A DNA stretch of 64,000 nucleotides from the human T2T-CHM13v2.0 reference genome, Homo sapiens, in the NCBI RefSeq assembly GCF_009914755.1, contig NC_060940.1; one strand, written 5' to 3'. How positions within the stretch are numbered: the first letter of the stretch is position 1; each line of letters begins with the position of its first letter. The position numbers and the translations under genes are program-made. Positions 1 through 15,100 of this stretch are shown piece by piece. The notes under the pieces were generated by a model that had not been told where the DNA came from, ran no database searches, and saw only the letters and a list, made by a program, of their open reading frames with translations.

Positions 1-450
1 CGATTGCATTCGATGATTCCATTATACTCCATTCAACGGTGATTCCATTCGAGTCCATTCGATGATTCCATTAGAGTACATTTAATGATTGCTTTGTTTT
101 CAATTCTAAGATGATTACATTGGATTCCATTCTATGATACCATTCGATTCCATTCAATGATGATTCCACTCAAATCCATTGGATGATTCCATTCGTGTCC
201 ATTCGGTGATTTCATTAGATTCCATTCGAGGATGATTCCATTCGATTCCATTCGATGATTCCATTCAATTCCATTCGATGATGATTCCATTCCAGTCCAT
301 ATGATCATTCCATTTGATTTCATTCGATGATGATTCCATTCGATTTCTTTCGACGATTCCATTCTATTCCATTCGATGATGATTCCATTCGAGTCCATTC
401 GATGATTCCATTCGAGTCCATTTAATGATTCCATTGGGTTCAATTCAATT

Positions 451-1228
451 ATGATTACATTGGATTCCGTTCTATGATTCCATTCAATTCCGTTCATTGA
501 CAATTTGATTCCATTCGATGATGATTCCATTTGAGTTCATTCGATGATTCTATTCGATTCTCTTCGATGGTGATTCAATTCTATTATATTGGATGATTCC
601 ATTCGATTCCATTTGATGTTGATTCAATTCGATTCTATTCGATGATGATTCCATTGGATTTCACTTGATGATTCTATTCGATTCCATTCAATGATGATTC
701 ACTTCTCGTCCATTGGATGATTCCATTTCATTCCATTCGATGATGATTCCATTCGATTCCATTCGATGATTCCATTTGATTCCATGCGACGGTGAGCAAT
801 TCGATTCAATTCCATGATGATTCTATTTGATTCAATTAGATGATGTTTCCATTCGAATCCATTCCATGATTATTCCATTGGAATCCATTCGGCGATGATT
901 CCATATGAGTCAATTCAATGATGATTCCATATGGGTCCGTTCGATGATAATTCCATTTGATTTCATTCGATGCTTCTATTCTATTCCAGTCGATGATGAT
1001 TCCGTTGGAGTCCATACGATGATTCCATTTGATTTCATTTGATGATGATTCCATTCGATGATGATTACATTGGATTCCATTCTATGATTCCATTCAATTC
1101 CATTCGTTGATGATTCGATTCCATTCAATGATGATTCCATTTGAGTTCATTCGATGATTCTATTCGATTCCGTTCGATGGTGATTCAATTCTATTATACT
1201 GGATGATTCCAGTCGATTCCATTTGATG
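451..1228 (+). repeat. Internal ~170-bp diverged direct repeat within the 6.1-kb unit (451-618 and 1061-1228; 610-bp offset)
   Basis: ATGATTACATTGGATTCC...TTGAGTTCATTCGATGATTCTATTCGATTC(T/C)(C/G)TTCGATGGTGATTCAATTCTATTATA occurs twice per unit. Confidence 0.88.
828..838 (-). promoter_or_regulatory. DUX4 consensus-matching site TAATTGAATCA (one per intact 6.1-kb unit; example shown)
   Basis: The + strand reads TGATTCAATTA, whose reverse complement fits the DUX4 consensus TAAYBBAATCA. DUX4 binding to and activation of HSATII is established. Occupancy at this particular site is not shown by the sequence. Confidence 0.5.
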
Positions 1229-4200
1229 ATTATTCCATTGGAGTCCACTTAGTGAATCCTTTAGATTCTACTCGACGATGATTCCATTCGAGTCCATTCG
1301 ATGATACCATTCAATTCCATTCGTTGATGCTTCCATTCAAGTGCATTCGATGATATCATTCGATTCCATTTGATGATAATTCCATTTGATTCCATGCGAT
1401 GATTCTATTCGATTCCATTCAATGATAATTCCATTCAATTCAGTGATTCCCCTGGACTCCATTTGATGATGATTCCATTCAATGATTCCATTCGATTCTA
1501 TTCGAAAATGATTCCATTTGAATCCATTTGATGATGATTCCATTAGATTCCATTTGATGATTCCATTCGATTCCATTCGACGATGATTCCATTCGATTCC
1601 GTTTGATGATTCCATTCTATTCTATTCGATGATGATTCCATTCGATTCCATTCGATGATGATTGGATTCGATTCCATTTGATGATTTCATTTGATTCCAT
1701 TCGTTAATGATTTCGATCAATTCCATTCGATGATTCCATTCGATTCCATTCGATAATGATTACATCCGAGTCCATTCTATGATTCCATTGGAGCCTGTTC
1801 GATAATTCCATTTGAGTCCAACCAATGATTCCATTCATTTCCATTCAATGATTCCATTCGAGTCCATTTGATCATTCCGGTAGGGTCCATTCGATGTTGA
1901 TTCCATTGGAGTGCATTCGATGATTCCATTCGAGTCCATTTTAGGATTTGATTCGAGTCCTTTCGATGATTCCATTCGATTCCACTCGATGATGATTTCA
2001 TTCGAGTCCATTCGACACTTCCAATCGATTCCATTTGATGATTGCATTCGAGTCCAATTGATGATTCCATTCAATTCCATTCGATGATGATTCCGTACGA
2101 TTCCATTCTGTGATGATTCCATGTGATTGCATTCAATGATGATTCCTTTCGATTGCATTCGATTATGATTCATTTCGTGTTCATTCTATGGTTCCACAGG
2201 TTTCCATTCGTGTCCATTCCATTATTCCATTCTATTCCATTTGATGATGATTCCATTCGATTCCATTCATTGGTGATTCCACTCAATTCCATTCAATGAT
2301 TCCATTCCATTTCTTTCAACAATGATTCCATTAGTTTCTAATCGATGATCCACTTGATTCCATTTGACGACGATTCCATTCTTGTCCGTTCGATGATTCC
2401 ATTTGATTCCATATGATGATGATTCCATTCGATTCCATACCATGATGATTCCATTCGAGTCCATTCAATGGTGATTCCATTCAATTCCATTCGATGATTC
2501 CTTTCGATTCCATTCGATGATGATGGCATTCGATTCCTTTCAATCATTCCCTTTGATTCCATTCAAAGGTGATTTCATTCAAGTCCATTCGATAATTGCT
2601 TTCGATTCCATTCTATGATGATTCCATTCGAGTCCATTTGATGATTCCATTCAATTCAAGTCAATGATGATTCCATTCGATTCCATTCGATGATTCCATG
2701 GGATTCCATTCGATGATGATTCCATTCAAATCCATTCGATAATTCAATTCAAGTCCATTCGATGATGATTCCAATCGAATCCATTCAAAGATTCCATTCA
2801 GTTCCATTCGATGATTCCCTTAGATTCCATTCGATGATTCCACTTGATTGCATTTACGATGATTCCATTCGATTCCATGTGATGATTCCATTCAATTCTA
2901 TTCAATGATGTCTCCATTTGATTCCATTCGACCATGATTGCCTTTGATTCCATTCAATGATTCCATTCGGTTCCGTTTGATGATGATTCCGTTCGATTCC
3001 ATTTGATGATTCCATTTGATTCCATTGGATGAGTCCATTCGATTACATTCGATGATTATTCCATTCGAGTGCATTAGATGATTCCATTCGAGTCCATTCG
3101 ATGATTCCATTCGATTCCATTCGATGTTGATTCTGTTCAAATCCATTCGATGATTCCACTCGATTCCATTCGTTGACTCCATTTGATCCCATTCGATGAT
3201 TTCCTTTGATTCCCTTTGATGATCATTCCATTTGATTCAATTCGGTGATTTCATTTGATTCCATTCAGTGATGTTTCCATTCGACTCCATTCGATGATGA
3301 TTCCATTCGACTCCATTCGATTATGATTTCATTCAATTCCATTCGATAATGATTCCCTTCGAGTCCATTCGATGATTCCATTCGATTCCATTCAACGATG
3401 ATTTGATTCGTGTCCATTCGATGATTCCATTTGATTCCACTTGATGATGATTCCATTCGAGTCCATTTGATGATTCCATTCAATTCCATACTCCGATGAT
3501 TTCTTTTGAGCCCACTCAATGCTTCCACTCGATTCCATATGATGATGACTCCATTCGATGAAATTCGATGATGATTCCATTCGCTTGCTTTCGATGATGA
3601 TTCCACTTGAGTCCGTTAGAAGATTCTATTCAATTACATTCCAGGACGATTCCGTTCGAGTCCATTTGATGATTCCATTAGACTCCATTCGACGATGATT
3701 CCATTCGATGTTATTCGATGATTCCATTCGATCTCATTCGATGATGATTCCATTCAACTCCATTCGATGTTTCCATTCGAGTTCATTCTATTATTCCATT
3801 AGATTCCATTCGATGATGATTCCATTCGATTCCATTTGATGATTGCATTCTATTTCATTTGATGATGATTCCATTCGAGTCCACTCGATGATTCCATTCG
3901 AGTCCATTTAATGAATCCATTGGTTTCAATTCTATGATGATTACATTGGATTCCATTCGTTGATGATTTCATTCAGTTCCATTCAATGATGATTCCATTC
4001 AATTCCTTTCAATGTTTCCATTCAATTCCATACGATGATGATTCCATTTGATTTGATTCGACAGTGAGCCATTCGATTCAATTTCATGATGATTCTATTT
4101 ATTCAATTGGTTGACATTTCCATTCGATTCCATTCGATGATGATTCCCTTTGATTCCATTCAAAGATGATTCCATTCTAGCCCATTCAATCATTCCATTC

Positions 4201-6111
4201 GATTCTATTCAATGATGATTCCATTCATGTCGATTTGGTGATTCCATTTGACTTCATTTGATGATGATTCCTTTCAAGTTCATTAGATGATTCCATTCGA
4301 TTCCATTTGATGATGATCCCATTCGAGTCCATTCAGTGATTCCATTCGTTTCCATTCCATGATGATTCCATTCCTTTCCATTCAATGATTCCATTCGATT
4401 CCGTTTGATGATGATTTCATTCGAGTCCATTTGATGATTCCATTTGATTCCATTCGATGATGATTCCATTCGAGTCCATTCGATGATTCTATTCGAATCC
4501 ATTTGATGATTTCTTTTGATTATATTTGGTGATGATTCCATTGGAGTCCATTCAATGATTCCATTCGATTCCAATCGATGATGATTCCATTAGAGTCCAT
4601 TTAATGATTCCATTTGATTCCAGTCTCTGATGATTACATTCGAGTCCATACGATGATTCCACTCAATTCCATATGATGATGATTCCATTTGATTCCATTC
4701 GGTGATTCCATTCTATTCTATTCAATGGTGATTCCATTCGAGTACATTAGATGATTCCATTCGATTCCATTCAATGATGATTCTATTTGTGTCCCTTAGA
4801 TGATTCCACATGATTCCATTAGATGATGATACTATTTGAGCCCATCCAATGATTCCCTTCGATTCCATTCGATGAGGATTCCATTCGATTCAATTCATTG
4901 GTGATTCTATTCAATTCAATTCTTTGATTCCATTCCATTCCATTCGACAATGATTCCATTCGATTTCTTTCGATGATTCCACTCGATTCCACTTGACATT
5001 GATTCCATTCGATTCCATTCAATGATTCCATTTGATTCCAGTGGATGATGATTGCCATCGATTCCATTTGATCACTCCATTCTATTCCATTTGATGATGA
5101 TTACATTCGATTCCATTTGATGATTCCATCTGATTCTATTCGAGGATTCCATTTGATTCCATTCGATGATGATTCCATTCGAGTCCATTCGATGATTTCA
5201 TTCAAGTACATCCAATGATTCCATTCGAGTCCATTAGATGATTCCATTTGATTCCATTTGAAAATGATTCTACTAGCGTCCATTCAATGACTCCATTCGA
5301 TTCCATTCAACACTTCCATTCGACTCCATTCGATGATTCCATTCGATTCTATTTGATGGTTCCATTCGAGTCCATTTAATCATTACAGTCGAGTCCATTT
5401 GGTGATTCCACTGGATTTCTTTTGATAATGATACCATTCAATTACATTTGATGATGATCCCATTCAATTTCATTTGATGATGATTCCATTAGAGTCCATT
5501 CGATGATTTCATTCGAGTCCCTTCATTGATTCCATCCGATTTCATTTGATGATGACTCCATTCGAGTCCATTCGATGATTCCACTCGATTCCATTAGATG
5601 ATTCCATTGGAGTCCATTTGATTGTTCCATTCGATTCCATTCGATTCCTTTCGAAGATTATTCCATTTGAGTCCATTCGATGATGATTCCATTCCATTCC
5701 ATTCGATGATTCCGTTTGATTCCATTCGATGATTCCCTTTGATTCCTTTCTGTGATGATTCCATTCCATTCCATTCAATGATTCCATTCGAATCTATTCC
5801 ATGATGATTCCTTTCGATTCCATTCGCTGATGTTTCCGTTCAATTCCATTCGATGATGATTCCATTCGATTCCATTCATTGAGGATTCCATTTGATTCCA
5901 TTCAATGATGATTCCATTCTATTCCATTCAATGATTGCATTCAATTCCATTCAATGATTATCCCCTTAGAGTAAACTCAACGATTCCATTCAATACCATT
6001 CGATGATGATTCCTTTTGAGTCCATTCAATGATTTCATTCAAGTCCATTTGATGATTCCTTTCAATTCCATTCTATGATGATTCCATTCGAGTCCATTCG
6101 ATGATTCCATT

Positions 6112-9100
6112 CGATTGCATTCGATGATTCCATTATACTCCATTCAACGGTGATTCCATTCGAGTCCATTCGATGATTCCATTAGAGTACATTTAATGAT
6201 TGCTTTGTTTTCAATTCTAAGATGATTACATTGGATTCCATTCTATGATACCATTCGATTCCATTCAATGATGATTCCACTCAAATCCATTGGATGATTC
6301 CATTCGTGTCCATTCGGTGATTTCATTAGATTCCATTCGAGGATGATTCCATTCGATTCCATTCGATGATTCCATTCAATTCCATTCGATGATGATTCCA
6401 TTCCAGTCCATATGATCATTCCATTTGATTTCATTCGATGATGATTCCATTCGATTCGATTCGACGATTCCATTCTATTCCATTCGATGATGATTCCATT
6501 CGAGTCCATTCGATCATTCCATTCGAGTCCATTTAATGATTCCATTGGGTTCAATTCAATGATGATTACATTGGATTCCGTTCTATGATTCCATTCAATT
6601 CCGTTCATTGACAATTTGATTCCATTCGATGATGATTCCATTTGAATTCATTCGATGATTCTATTCGATTCTCTTCGGTGGTGATTCAATTCTATTATAT
6701 TGGATGATTCCATTCGATTCCATTTGATGTTGATTCAATTCGATTCTATTCGATGATGATTCCATTGGATTTCACTTGATGATTCTATTCGATTCCATTC
6801 AATGATGATTCACTTCTCGTCCATTGGATGATTCCATTTCATTCCATTCGATGATGATTCCATTCGATTCCATTCGATGATTCCATTTGATTCCATGCGA
6901 CGGTGAGCAATTCGATTCAATTCCATGATGATTCTATTTGATTCAATTAGATGATGTTTCCATTCGAATCCATTCCATGATTATTCCATTGGAATCCATT
7001 TGGCGATGATTCCATATGAGTCAATTCAATGATGATTCCATATGGGTCCGTTCGATGATAATTCCATTTGATTTCATTCGATGCTTCTATTCTATTCCAG
7101 TCGATGATGATTCCGTTGGAGTCCATACGATGATTCCATTTGATTTCATTTGATGATGATTCCATTCGATGATGATTACATTGGATTCCATTCTATGATT
7201 CCATTCAATTCCATTCGTTGATGATTCGATTCCATTCAATGATGATTCCATTTGAGTTCATTCGATGATTCTATTCGATTCCGTTCGATGGTGATTCAAT
7301 TCTTTTATATTGGATGATTCCACTCGATTCCATTTGATGATTATTCCATTGGAGTCCACTTAGTGAATCCTTTAGATTCTACTCGACGATGATTCCATTC
7401 GAGTCCATTCGATGATACCATTCAATTCCATTCGTTGATGCTTCCATTCAAGTGCATTCGATGATATCATTTGATTCCATTTGATGATAATTCCATTTGA
7501 TTCCATGCGATGATTCTATTCGATTCCATTCAATGATAATTCCATTCAATTCAGTGATTCCTCTGGACTCCATTTGATGATGATTCCATTCAATGATTCC
7601 ATTCGATTCTATTCGAAAATGATTCCATTTGAATCCATTTGATGATGATTCCATTAGATTCCATTTGATGATTCCATTCGATTCCATTCGACGATGATTC
7701 CATTCGATTCCGTTTGATGATTCCATTCTATTCTATTCGATGATGATTCCATTCGATTCCATTCGATGATGATTGGATTCGATTCCATTGGATGATTTCA
7801 TTTGATTCCATTCGTTAATGATTTCGATCAATTCCATTCGATGATTCCATTCGATTCCATTTGATAATGATTACATCCGAGTCCATTCGATGATTCCATT
7901 TGAGCCCGTTCGATAATTCCATTTGAGTCCAATCAATGATTCCAGTCATTTCCATTCAATGATTCCATTCGAGTCCATTTGATCATTCCGGTAGGGTCCA
8001 TTCGATGTTGATTCCATTGGAGTGCATTCGATGATTCCATTCGAGTCCATTTTAGGATTTGATTCGAGTCCTTTCGATGATTCCATTCGATTCCACTCGA
8101 TGATGATTTCATTCGAGTCCATTCGACACTTCCAATCGATTCCATTTGATGATTCCATTCGAGTCCAATTGATGATTCCATTCAATTCCATTCGATGATG
8201 ATTCCGTACGATTCCATTCTGTGATGATTCCATGTGATTGCATTCAATGATGATTCCTTTCGATTGCATTCGATTATGATTCATTTCGTGTTCATTCTAT
8301 GGTTCCACAGGTTTCCATTCGTGTCCATTCCATTATTCCATTCTATTCCATTTGATGATGATTCCATTCGATTCCATTCATTGGTGATTCCACTCAATTC
8401 CATTCAATGATTCCATTCCATTTCTTTCAACAATGATTCCATTAGTTTCTAATCGATGATCCACTTGATTCCATTTGACGACGATTCCATTCTTGTCCAT
8501 TCGATGATTCCATTTGATTCCATATGATGATGATTCCATTCGATTCCATACCATGATGATTCCATTCGAGTCCATTCAATGGTGATTCCATTCAATTCCA
8601 TTCGATGATTCCTTTTGATTCCATTCGATGATGATGGCATTCGATTCCTTTCAATCATTCCCTTTGATTCCATTCAAAGGTGATTTCATTCAAGTCCATT
8701 CGATAATTGCATTCGATTCCATTCTATGATGATTCCATTCGAGTCCATTTGATGATTCCATTCAATTCAAGTAAATGATGATTCCATTCGATTCCATTCG
8801 ATGATTCCATTGGATTCCATTCGATGATGATTCCATTCAAATCCATTCGATAATTCAATTCAAGTCCATTCGATGATGATTCCAATCGAATCCATTCAAA
8901 GATTCCATTCAGTTCCATTCGATGATTCCCTTAGATTCCATTCGATGATTCCACTTGATTGCATTTACGATGATTCCATTCGATTCCATGTGATGATTCC
9001 ATTCAATTCTATTCAATGATGTCTCCATTTGATTCCATTCGACCATGATTGCCTTTGATTCCATTCAATGATTCCATTCGGTTCCGTTTGATGATGATTC

Positions 9101-12100
9101 TGTTCGATTCCATTTGATGATTCCATTTGATTCCATTGGATGAGTCCATTCGATTACATTCGATGATTATTCCATTCGAGTGCATTAGATGATTCCATTC
9201 GAGTCCATTCGATGATTCCATTCGATTCCATTCGATGTTGATTCTGTTCAAATCCATTCGATGATTCCACTCGATTCCATTCGTTGACTCCATTTGATCC
9301 CATTCGATGATTTCCTTTGATTCCCTTTGATGATCATTCCATTTGATTCAATTCGGTGATTTCATTTGATTCCATTCAGTGATGTTTCCATTCGACTCCA
9401 TTCGATGATGATTCCATTCGACTCCATTCGATTATGATTTCATTCAATTCCATTCGATAATGATTCCCTTCGAGTCCATTCGATGATTCCATTCGATTCC
9501 ATTCAACGATGATTTGATTCGTGTCCATTCGATGATTCCATTTGATTCCACTTGATGATGATTCCATTCGAGTCCATTTGATGATTCCATTCAATTCCAT
9601 ACTCCGATGATTTCTTTTGAGCCCACTCAATGCTTCCACTCGATTCCATATGATGATGACTCCATTCGATGAAATTCGATGATGATTCCATTCGCTTGCT
9701 TTCGATGATGATTCCACTTGAGTCCGTTAGAAGATTCTATTCAATTACATTCCATGACGATTCCGTTCGAGTCCATTTGATGATTCCATTAGACTCCATT
9801 CGACGATGATTCCATTCGATGTTATTCGATGACTCCATTCGATCTCATTCGATGATGATTCCATTCAACTCCATTCGATGTTTCCATTCGAGTTCATTCT
9901 ATTATTCCATTAGATTCCATTCGATGATGATTCCATTCGATTCCATTTGATGATTGCATTCTATTTCATTTGATGATGATTCCATTCGAGTCCACTCGAT
10001 GATTCCATTCGAGTCCATTTAATGAATCCATTGGTTTCAATTCTATGATGATTACATTGGATTCCATTCGTTGATGATTTCATTCGGTTCCATTCAATGA
10101 TGATTCCATTCAATTCCTTTCAATGTTTCCATTCAATTCCATACGATGATGATTCCATTTGATTTGATTCGACAGTGAGCCATTCGATTCAATTCCATGA
10201 TGATTCTATTTGATTCAATTGGTTGACATTTCCATTCGATTCCATTCGATGATGATTCCATTTGATTCCGTTCAACGATGATTCCATTCTAGACCATTCA
10301 ATCATTCCATTCGATTCTATTCAATGATGATTCCATTCATGTCGATTTGGTGATTCCATTTGACTTCATTTGATGATGATTCCTTTCAAGTTCATTAGAT
10401 GATTCCATTCGATTCCATTTGATGATGATCCCATTCGAGTCCATTCAGTGATTCCATTCGTTTCCATTCCATGATGATTCCATTCCTTTCCATTCAATGA
10501 TTCCATTCGATTCCGTTTGATGATGATTTCATTCGAGTCCATTTGATGATTCCATTTGATTCCATTCGATGATGATTCCATTCGAGTCCATTCGATGATT
10601 CTATTCGAATCCATTTGATGATTTCTTTTGATTATATTTGGTGATGATTCCATTGGAGTCCATTCAATGATTCCATTCTATTCCAATCGATGATGATTCC
10701 ATTAGAGTCCATTTAATGATTCCATTTGATTCCAGTCTCTGATGATTACATTCGAGTCCATACGATGATTCCACTCAATTCCATATGATGATGATTCCAT
10801 TTGATTCCATTCGGTGATTCCATTCTATTCTATTCAATGGTGATTCCATTCGAGTACATTAGATGATTCCATTCGATTCCATTCAATGATGATTCTATTT
10901 GTGTCCCTTAGATGATTCCACATGATTCCATTACATGATGATACTATTTGAGCCCATCCAATGATTCCCTTCGATTCCATTCGATGAGGATTCCATTCGA
11001 TTCAATTCATTGGTGATTCTATTCAATTCAATTCTTTGATTCCATTCCATTCCATTCGACAATGATTCCATTCGATTTCTTTCGATGATTCCACTCGATT
11101 CCACTTGACATTGATTCCATTCGATTCCATTCAATGATTCCATTTGATTCCAGTGGATGATGATTGCCATCGATTCCATTCGATCACTCCATTCTATTCC
11201 ATTTGATGATGATTACATTCGATTCCATTTGATGATTCCATCTGATTCTATTCGAGGATTCCATTTGATTCCATTCGATGATGATTCCATTCGAGTGCAT
11301 TCGATGATTTCATTCGAGTACATCCAATGATTCCATTCGAGTCCATTAGATGATTCCATTTGATTCCATTTGAAAATGATTCTACTAGAGTCCATTCAAT
11401 GACTCCATTCGAGTCCATTCAACAATTCCATTCGACTCCATTCGATGATTCCTTTCGATTCCATTTGATGGTTCCATTCGAGTCCATTTAATCATTACAG
11501 TCGAGTCCATTTGGTGATTCCACTGGATTTCTTTTGATAATGATACCATTCAATTACATTTGATGATGATCCCATTCAACTTCATTTGATGATGATTCCA
11601 TTAGAGTCCATTCGATGATTTCATTCGAGTCCCTTCATTGATTCCATCCGATTTCATTGGATGATGACTCCATTCGAGTCCATTCGATGATTCCACTCGA
11701 TTCCATTAGATGACTCCATTGGAGTCCATTTGATTGTTCCATTCGATTCCATTCGATTCCTTTCGAAGATTATTCCATTTGAGTCCATTCGATGATGATT
11801 CCATTCCATTCCATTCGATGATTCCGTTTGATTCCATTCGATGATTCCCTTCGATTCCTTTCTTTGATGATTCCATTCCATTCCATTCAATGATTCCATT
11901 CGAATCTATTCCATGATGATTCCTTTCGATTCCATTCGCTGATGTTTCCGTTCAATTCCATTCGATGATGATTCCATTCGATTCCATTCATTGAGGATTC
12001 CATTTGATTCCATTCAATGATGATTCCATTGTATTCCATTCAATGATTGCATTCAATTCCATTCAATGATTATCCCATTAGAGTAAACTCAACGATTCCA

Positions 12101-15100
12101 TTCAATACCATTCGATGATGATTCCTTTTGAGTCCATTCAATGATTTCATTCAAGTCCATTTGATGATTCCTTTCAATTCCATTCTATGATGATTCCATT
12201 CGAGTCCATTCGATGATTCCATTCGATTGCATTCGATGATTCCATTATATTCCATTCAACGGTGATTCCATTCGAGTCCATTCCATGATTCCATTAGAGT
12301 ACATTTAATGATTGCTTTGTTTTCAATTCGAAGATGATTACATTGGATTCCATTCTATGATACCATTCGATTCCATTCAATGATGATTCCACTCAAATCC
12401 ATTGGATGATTCCATTCGTGTCCATTCGGTGATTTCATTAGATTCCATTCGAGGATGATTCCATTAGATTCCATTCGATGATTCCATTCAATTCCATTCG
12501 ATGATGATTCCATTCCAGTCCATATGATCATTCCATTTGATTTCATTCGATGATGATTCCATTCGATTCGATTCGACGATTCCATTCTATTCCATTCGAT
12601 GATGATTCCATTCGAGTCCATTCGATCATTCCATTCGAGTCCATTTAATGATTCCATTGGGTTCAATTCAATGATGATTACATTGGATTCCGTTCTATGA
12701 TTCCATTCAATTCCGTTCATTGACAATTTGATTCCATTCGATGATGATTCCATTTGAGTTCATTCGATGATTCTATTCGATTCTCTTCGATGGTGATTCA
12801 ATTCTATTATATTGGATGATTCCATTCGATTCCATTTGATGTTGATTCAATTCGATTCTATTCGATGATGATTCCATTGGATTTCACTTGATGATTCTAT
12901 TCGATTCCATTCAATGATGATTCACTTCTCGTCCATTGGATGATTCCATTTCATTCCATTCGATGATGATTCCATTCGATTCCATTCGATGATTCCATTT
13001 GATTCCATGCGACGGTGAGCAATTCGATTCAATTCCATGATGATTCTATTTGATTCAATTAGATGATGTTTCCATTCGAATCCATTCCATGATTATTCCA
13101 TTGGAATCCATTCGGCGATGATTCCATATGAGTCAATTCAATGATGATTCCATATGGGTCCGTTCGATGATAATTCCATTTGATTTCATTCGATGCTTCT
13201 ATTCTATTCCAGTCGATGATGATTCCGTTGGAGTCCATACGATGATTCCATTTGATTTCATTTGATGATGATTCCATTCGATGATGATTACATTGGATTC
13301 CATTCTATGATTCCATTCAATTCCATTCGTTGATGATTCGATTCCATTCAATGATGATTCCATTTGAGTTCATTCGATGATTCTATTCGATTCCGTTCGA
13401 TGGTGATTCAATTCTTTTATATTGGATGATTCCACTCGATTCCATTTGATGATTATTCCATTGGAGTCCACTTAGTGAATCCTTTAGATTCTACTCGACG
13501 ATGATTCCATTCGAGTCCATTCGATGATACCATTCAATTCCATTCGTTGATGCTTCCATTCAAGTGCATTCGATGATATCATTTGATTCCATTTGATGAT
13601 AATTCCATTTGATTCCATGCGATGATTCTATTCGATTCCATTCAATGATAATTCCATTCAATTCAGTGATTCCTCTGGACTCCATTTGATGATGATTCCA
13701 TTCAATGATTCCATTCGATTCTATTCGAAAATGATTCCATTTGAATCCATTTGATGATGATTCCATTAGATTCCATTTGATGATTCCATTCGATTCCATT
13801 CGACGATGATTCCATTCGATTCCGTTTGATGATTCCATTCTATTCTATTCGATGATGATTCCATTCGATTCCATTCGATGATGATTGGATTCGATTCCAT
13901 TTGATGATTTCATTTGATTCCATTCGTTAATGATTTCGATCAATTCCATTCGATGATTCCATTCGATTCCATTTGATAATGATTACATCCGAGTCCATTC
14001 GATGATTCCATTTGAGCCCGTTCGATAATTCCATTTGAGTCCAATCAATGATTCCAGTCATTTCCATTCAATGATTCCATTCGAGTCCATTTGATCATTC
14101 CGGTAGGGTCCATTCGATGTTGATTCCATTGGAGTGCATTCGATGATTCCATTCGAGTCCATTTTAGGATTTGATTCGAGTCCTTTCGATGATTCCATTC
14201 GATTCCACTCGATGATGATTTCATTCGAGTCCATTCGACACTTCCAATCGATTCCATTTGATGATTCCATTCGAGTCCAATTGATGATTCCATTCAATTC
14301 CATTCGATGATGATTCCGTACGATTCCATTCTGTGATGATTCCATGTGATTGCATTCAATGATGATTCCTTTCGATTGCATTCGATTATGATTCATTTCG
14401 TGTTCATTCTATGGTTCCACAGGTTTCCATTCGTGTCCATTCCATTATTCCATTCTATTCCATTTGATGATGATTCCATTCGATTCCATTCATTGGTGAT
14501 TCCACTCAATTCCATTCAATGATTCCATTCCATTTCTTTCAACAATGATTCCATTAGTTTCTAATCGATGATCCACTTGATTCCATTTGACGACGATTCC
14601 ATTCTTGTCCATTCGATGATTCCATTTGATTCCATATGATGATGATTCCATTCGATTCCATACCATGATGATTCCATTCGAGTCCATTCAATGGTGATTC
14701 CATTCAATTCCATTCGATGATTCCTTTTGATTCCATTCGATGATGATGGCATTCGATTCCTTTCAATCATTCCCTTTGATTCCATTCAAAGGTGATTTCA
14801 TTCAAGTCCATTCGATAATTGCATTCGATTCCATTCTATGATGATTCCATTCGAGTCCATTTGATGATTCCATTCAATTCAAGTAAATGATGATTCCATT
14901 CGATTCCATTCGATGATTCCATTGGATTCCATTCGATAATGATTCCATTCAAATCCATTCGATAATTCAATTCAAGTCCATTCGATGATGATTCCAATCG
15001 AATCCATTCAAAGATTCCATTCAGTTCCATTCGATGATTCCCTTAGATTCCATTCGATGATTCCACTTGATTGCATTTACGATGATTCCATTCGATTCCA

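Larger units (their letters stand above)
1..6111 (+). repeat. 6.1-kb unit U1 (6,111 bp; most divergent copy)
   Basis: 1-bp deletion near 4100 (TCTATTT-ATTCAATTGG vs TCTATTTGATTCAATTGG in other units) and many private substitutions. Confidence 0.9.

Noticed and set aside
2186-2206. Non-consensus islands such as CTATGGTTCCACAGGTTTCC and CCGGTAGGGTCC (1877) as splice or regulatory signals
   Set aside because: They align to the monomer consensus with a few substitutions. They recur only because the whole unit is repeated, and there is no supporting exon or promoter context.
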